From Podarcis muralis (lineage: Eukaryota), in NCBI RefSeq assembly GCF_964188315.1, contig NC_135655.1, positions 59,148,001 to 59,212,000 of the forward strand: 64,000 nt of DNA. The letters run 5' to 3'. Every line of letters begins with the position of its first letter. The first letter of the stretch is position 1. This document shows positions 58,542 to 64,000 of the stretch, in pieces. Under the pieces are notes generated by a model. The model searched no databases. It was not told the DNA's origin and worked only from the letters and a program-made list of their open reading frames with translations. The position numbers and the translations under genes were made by a program.

Positions 58542-58881
58542 AAGGTAAAGGGACCCCTGACCATTAGGTCCAGTCATGACTGACTCTGGGGTTGTGGTGC
58601 TCATCTCGCTTTATTGGCCGAGGGACAGTGTACAGCTTCTGGGTCATGTGGCCAGCATGACTAAGCCGCTTCTGGCAAACCAGAGCAGCGCACGGAAACG
58701 CTGTTTACCTTCCCACCGGAGCAGTACCTATTTATCTACTTGCACTTTGACGTGCTTTTGAACTGCTAGGCTGGCAGGAGCAGGGACCAAGCAATGGGAG
58801 CTCACCCCGTCACGGGGATTCGAACCTTCTGATCGGCAAGTCTTAGGCTCTGTGGTTTAACCCACAGCGCAACCCGCGTCC
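58542..58881 (-). mobile_element. Sauria SINE
   Basis: AAGGTAAAGGGACCCCTG tail (reverse) and GGGACGCGGGT head; 13-bp TSD CATTCTTTGTATA at 58529-58541 and 58882-58894. Confidence 0.95.
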
Positions 58882-59266
58882 CATTCTTTGTATAGCTTTG
58901 TATAAATGGATGTTTCTAAATTGCTGTTGGTAGTTCAACTTCTTTTTAATATAATGTCACTGTTTTATATGGTGCTTTACTGAATAATTTAAGGGGAAAA
59001 ACAGGTCCTCTGTGTGATTGCTTTTTGAAGAGTCAGATTAGCTTTGTATAATAATAGCTTTACAGGACAACAAAAGTATCCCAAGAACTGTACTTTTAGT
59101 ACTATGGATTGCTGATAACTGGCTTTTATGCAGTCAATTGGATTAAGACCTCTTACAAAATATGTGAAAAAGTACAGTGTCAGATTCCTGTTACATGGTT
59201 CCTTTCCATGGTGATAAAATAGCAAAGCAGTCTGTTGGAACTTAATCTTAAAACAAAGCCCCTTTC

Positions 59267-59271
<5 letters not shown>

Positions 59272-59309
<38 letters not shown>
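59272..59309. repeat. (GT)19 microsatellite
   Basis: Perfect GT run. Confidence 0.97.
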
Positions 59310-59310
<1 letters not shown>

Positions 59311-59775
59311 TTTTAAACCAAATACACAGGTAACGGTTTATGCTGTGATCTCACTGCCAAAAATCCATTCTCTGCTGTGAGTAATCCCTTGTTTCCTCTG
59401 TGCCAAATGGCACTGTTGTGCGTGTCAGAAGGCAGCTAATGCCAGTTAAACACACTGAAACAGTGAAGTGCTTTATCACACAGCTATCATTTCAAGCTTA
59501 GCAGCTTGCAATGTTATCGGTTTCAAGAGCACAGGGTTGCCATTTTTCCCCCCTTCCAAAAAGGGACTTTTGATAATACAGATATAAAGGTAAGGTTCTG
59601 TGGAGGTGCCGTGGCCAGTTTCATGCCAAGAGCAGATGGCCCCTTTCTTGGAGACGGTCCCATAAGATGGATTACTCCTCTGATGCAGAATGATACACCG
59701 GAAAATTGCAGATCCACCATGACCACACTTTTAACTTCCTTAATGCTTTTATTCTCCCCCTACTTTTCTTTCCAG

Positions 59776-59778
<3 letters not shown>

Positions 59779-59822
<44 letters not shown>
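59779..59822. repeat. (AC)22 microsatellite
   Basis: Perfect AC run. Confidence 0.97.
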
Positions 59823-59824
<2 letters not shown>

Positions 59825-60413
59825 TTCTTTGTGCTGCTTGGAAAGCCTTTGATAGACAGAGTACAAGCTAGCACAGCAGGACAGATTCATCATTAAACAT
59901 ACAAACACACATACACACTGCAATGTCTCTGAAAGGGAAGGGGGGGCGGAACTCAAGTATCATTTGTTGGGTTAGTACCACAATATGTTTAGTTTTCCAT
60001 TCAGGAGAAGCCAGTGAAATATTGATTTCTGAGTAAGGGCAAGGATTTCCAAATGTCTGCAATCAGGTGACAGAATGTAATGGAAGGTGTTGGTTTTTTT
60101 AAAATTCCTCTGTGGATGGAATTATTTCCTGGAGAGACAACCACAAACTTGGTTGTGTTTTGTCTTGAAAATTCACCCATGGCTCATTTATAAAGCCATA
60201 AATTAAATTCTAAGCCTTGTGGGAATGAAACAAGGAAACATAATTATGGGCTTGGAAGGGTAGTGCTGATAGTTTATTTCCTCTTGCCCATCACTTTGAC
60301 TTGCACCTTCTGTTATCTGTATCCCCTCACCCCAGTATCTCTCTGAGAAGAGTATGTATTCAGCAATTGGTTTCAAACATGCTCCTAGATATAAAGTTCC
60401 TTTTGCCAACTGC

Positions 60414-60506
60414 TTGCAGGTATAAACCAGAGCAATCCAGAGTCATAGTTGGCCCATGGAAATATTGCATTCTGGATGATTTCAGCCTCCACTGCCTCAG
60501 GGGAGC
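60414..60506 (+). repeat. ~92-bp dispersed direct repeat, copy 1
   Basis: TTGCAGGTATAAACCAGAGCAATCCAGAGTC...TTTCAGCCTCCACTGCCTCAGG, repeated at 61396-61487. Confidence 0.92.
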
Positions 60507-61395
60507 CGGGATCCTGACATAAGCCGAGTGCTTTGTGCTGCTAATGAAGCTGTACGGCCAGAGGTGGAAAAGGTGCCTTTCCCCCTGGAACTCCAGACTT
60601 TACTGTTATTCTGATTACATCACTGAGGCCACAGACATCTGCTGTTTAAAGGCCCTCTGCGACACGGGTCTGTCATCCAGCCATAGCAAAGGGCAGCAAG
60701 GATGGCATGAAAGCAAGCCAGCATCACTGAACTGAAATGTTTGTTTTGTGTCAGAGCTGAAATACCTGCAGGTTAGGCTTTAGACAGATGCAGAATTTGT
60801 ATTATAGTGTGCAAAGGAGCAAGGGTACTGTTTAAGGCTGATGGACCATTGACTAAAAGGCAGTAGAACAAAGAAAACAGTTGCTGAGCCTTATCCTTGC
60901 GGGAGCGGGGTGGGGCGCCATTACTGATGTCAGCATTGTAGTGCCATAGAACTGTAGTTTATCATTGTAGGTATAGCTTTCACTTCAAAGGTCTTTCTGT
61001 GATTTCTGAACTGACATGTGGCCACCATATGATCAGGGTAGATTAGAAGTAGGGTTTGTCATGCCTTTTGGGCCAAATAAACAGTTCCCATGGAACTGTT
61101 GCTAATGCCACTCCTCCCCACCCTGGCTTTCATTTTTGCCCCAGCTTCTTCTCTATCACATTTTCAAAAGCACATGAAAGATCCAGCTCAAGCTGCCTTG
61201 TTACATTGTTCATTGATGATTCTAAACTTTGCTGCTCTTGCTTCCCTTGAGATAGCTGTTCGTTCATTTTATAAATTAGAGCATTTTACCTGTTTAATTC
61301 TGACCCACAAGACATGGGGTGTTTCAGCTAGCTCGCAGTGAAGGAAGAGGTCATGTAAGTATTGACACACTCATATATGTTGTATCTACACCTGA

Positions 61396-61487
61396 TTGCA
61401 GGTATAAAGCAGAGCAATCCAGAGTCACAGCTGGCCCATGGAACTTTTTCTTCTGGGTGATTTCAGCCTCCACTGCCTCAGGAGAGC
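61396..61487 (+). repeat. ~92-bp dispersed direct repeat, copy 2
   Basis: Matches 60414-60506 with 5 flank substitutions and a divergent 7-8 nt centre. Confidence 0.92.
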
Positions 61488-62625
61488 AGCTGTATCATTC
61501 ACATCCCCACAAGTTTTGAATTTTGCTCTGTAATTTTATTACAGAGAAGCATTGACACTAATAAGGTCACAATGACACTTGGTTTCCAACCACCATCCTC
61601 AAGGTAAACAGGCTCTTTCCTCAAGGGTCACAAACTGCATGCAGGAGTGCTAGCAAAAACAGCAACTATCTTTGACTTACTCCCATTATTATTTTCCTGT
61701 TTTTATGCCACAATATTGCATTATGTAGGAAGTATTTGCCAAGTGCTTTGCGATTGTGACATGATTTGGCCCTTTCTGTGCTCAAATGTCCAGCATTTTC
61801 AATTCACAGGCTTGTGTTAAGCATTATCTTGAAAAATAAATACGCAAGTAACAAGGAAGCTTCGGTCAAGAAAATGTAAAACTCAGCAGACCAGAAAGAC
61901 TATTGAAAGTGTGAAATGTAAATACCAAGATGCCTCAATCTATTTATAAACCAGGCTGCTGAATTAAATTATCATGTTCTGTAACTAAATATAAAGGCTC
62001 CGAATTTGCAAGCAAGAGGTTGAGAGATTTTGGGCACCAGAAATAATAACCACAGCAGTATATTTTTGGGATTATAGTCATCTCAAAAATCACATTAGCT
62101 CAAACCTTGCAATATTTATCAAGAAACTCCATTGTTTGTAGTACCGTTTGCAAAGGTTTATTTCCCTGGGGAACTATCGAGAGGAAATCAGTAAAGCAAA
62201 ACCTTCTTTTCTCTCAGCTAGGCAATGCATTGACTGCTTGATATATAAACTGTTCAATGCCTAGCTACATTGACACAAGCTTTGTGCATGTCCTTGGATT
62301 TCTTATCTCCCCTTGCTTAAACCCCAAAGATCCCCCCTTTCATGCTAGAGTGAAAGAGCTTGTGAGAGGAGCCACAGCACAGTTTGTAAAGAAAAATGTA
62401 ATAGGACATAGAATCATAGAATTGTAGAGTTGGATAACCCTCAATCCTTCACATGAGGAATGATTGCCAGTTTCCCTTACGCTCTGGTTGGTACAGATAT
62501 AATGAGCAATGGCTAACACCTCTTTGTGACTGCAGCTCCTTCACTTCACCATTCGATCTACTTTTGTCAGGTTGAGTGTAGTTTGCCTTGTGGGAGCATT
62601 GCTGCCTTCTCTTGCGCAGGGAAGG

Positions 62626-63353
62626 TAGGGTTGCTGTACGTCCAGAATTTCCTGGACATACCCAGAAGACTGCAGTCAGAAGCAGTGTCCGAGCGGAAAT
62701 TGGGCAAATGTCCGAGAAACTCTGGGCATATGGCAACCCATGTCAGCAGTGTTGTTTTTGCTGATTTTCAATAAAAATAGCTCAAAAACATCAAGCTTAG
62801 TGCGCAGGCCATCCATCTCTCTCCCCCCCCCCCCAACTCCTCTCCCCCTACCATGGCCTCTGCTTCCTCATAGGGCTTCTCCTGCCTGTAGCACAGCTAG
62901 CGGCTCTGCTGCTGCTGCCACCAGTGGTGATGGTTCACTCCCCACAGGGGAGTCAACAGCCCAGCCTTCATGCTCAGCAACTGAGAAGGCGTCTCTGAGA
63001 GCCAAAAGAGACTGAGGTTTGGTCAGCCGCAGAGGCAGATCCAGGTTTCAGTTTAACAACCACCTCCTCTGTTTGGGGGATGTGAAAGGCTGGATAAGAG
63101 GGAGGAAGAGAGGAAGGGAAGAAGGGAAAGGAGGCGCTTGGCGAAAGGGGTGCACAAAGCTCCTCACGATGGCTTCCTGTCTGTACCTGAGGTGCTGCAA
63201 GGGAGGGTGGCAGCCTTAAGTAGGCAGGAGGGAGAGAAAAGGTGCTATTTTAAAATGAGGGATTTCAGACTAGGGTTGCCATGTGTCAAACAACAACAAC
63301 ACTAAAAAAAACTTTGTTTCCGGATTTCCCCTTTTTGAAATATGGCAACCTTA
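62626..63353 (+). mobile_element. hAT (Blackjack-like) non-autonomous element with internal TIR copies and ~530 bp cargo
   Basis: Outer ends TAGGGTTGC / TGGCAACCTTA; putative TSD AGGGAAGG / AGAGAAGA (6/8); inner TIR copies TGGCAACCC (~62731) and TAGGGTTGCCA (63270). Confidence 0.75.
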
Positions 63354-64000
63354 AGAGAAGAGCCATGCTGTATCTCTCAGCTACCAACCTATTAAATGTA
63401 ACATCAGAAAGCACTCTTGGCAGCCACAAATGTTTATTACAGCAGTGTTGTTGCTAGGATTCTGAACTGCTCTGGCATTTACATTAAGCACATTTGTAGT
63501 ACTACCTGCATAGTTTGTGCCATTTTTTTACTCTGCTACGAACACCACATTGCTCACTATAATCCCTGTGGTGCTGAAAAATTCACTGATTCCTGTGAGG
63601 ATCTATTTAAGGCTGCTAACAAAGGGCTGATAATGGAAATGTGGGAATCAAATGTTTTAAATGAAGTAAAACATTGCAAAATCTACTGTTAAGCACTAAC
63701 ATGGTAATTGTGCCACCAGGATATTATCTGAGTTAGCCCACAAGTTTGTTTCGGAGTGAATCAAGCAGTAGTGTATGGTAGATAGAATTGCATATGAACA
63801 GACATGTGGAAACTTGCTTTATTCTTATATAAAATTTATACGTCACCTTATCGTCCTGGGGGACAGCTTACAATGTGTAATGAAATACAATAAAATACAT
63901 CAAAACCACAATGAATTATGATACCTAAAAGATTCCTGCACAACACTGGATATCTCTCTAAGAATAGCAGGAGTAGAATAAATGATCTAAAATAAGCAAA

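Overview
Non-coding vertebrate DNA, almost certainly from a squamate reptile and probably a lacertid lizard. This is inferred from the repeat content: Sauria SINEs with (ACCTTT)n tails, MIR-derived and tRNA-derived squamate SINEs, CR1 and L2 relics, and many hAT and Tc1/mariner MITEs. I found no recognisable protein-coding exon, RNA gene or CRISPR-type structure. The supplied ORFs are chance frames or transposon debris, so the window reads as a large intron or gene desert whose host gene and orientation I cannot determine. The best-supported structures are mobile elements with readable TIRs and target-site duplications (TSDs). These include a 264-bp solo LTR with an ordered octamer-CCAAT-TATA-polyA cassette (16491-16754), a mariner MITE carrying two independent insertions (6851-7759), and a mariner MITE inserted into the TIR of an inverted sister copy to give a ~410-bp quasi-palindrome (49769-50177). 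Also present are a hAT element built from two TIR-bounded end modules around ~530 bp of cargo (62626-63353) and a 269-bp TSD-bounded retroposed insert of unknown origin (10121-10389). Weaker leads are TALE/Hox/Sox motif clusters in repeat-free blocks, two in-frame microexon candidates, a 92-bp dispersed duplication with a variable core, and inverted (GT)n/(AC)n tracts. Family names come from my recall of consensus sequences, not from a database search. I see no clear new biological system; the findings are hypotheses to test.
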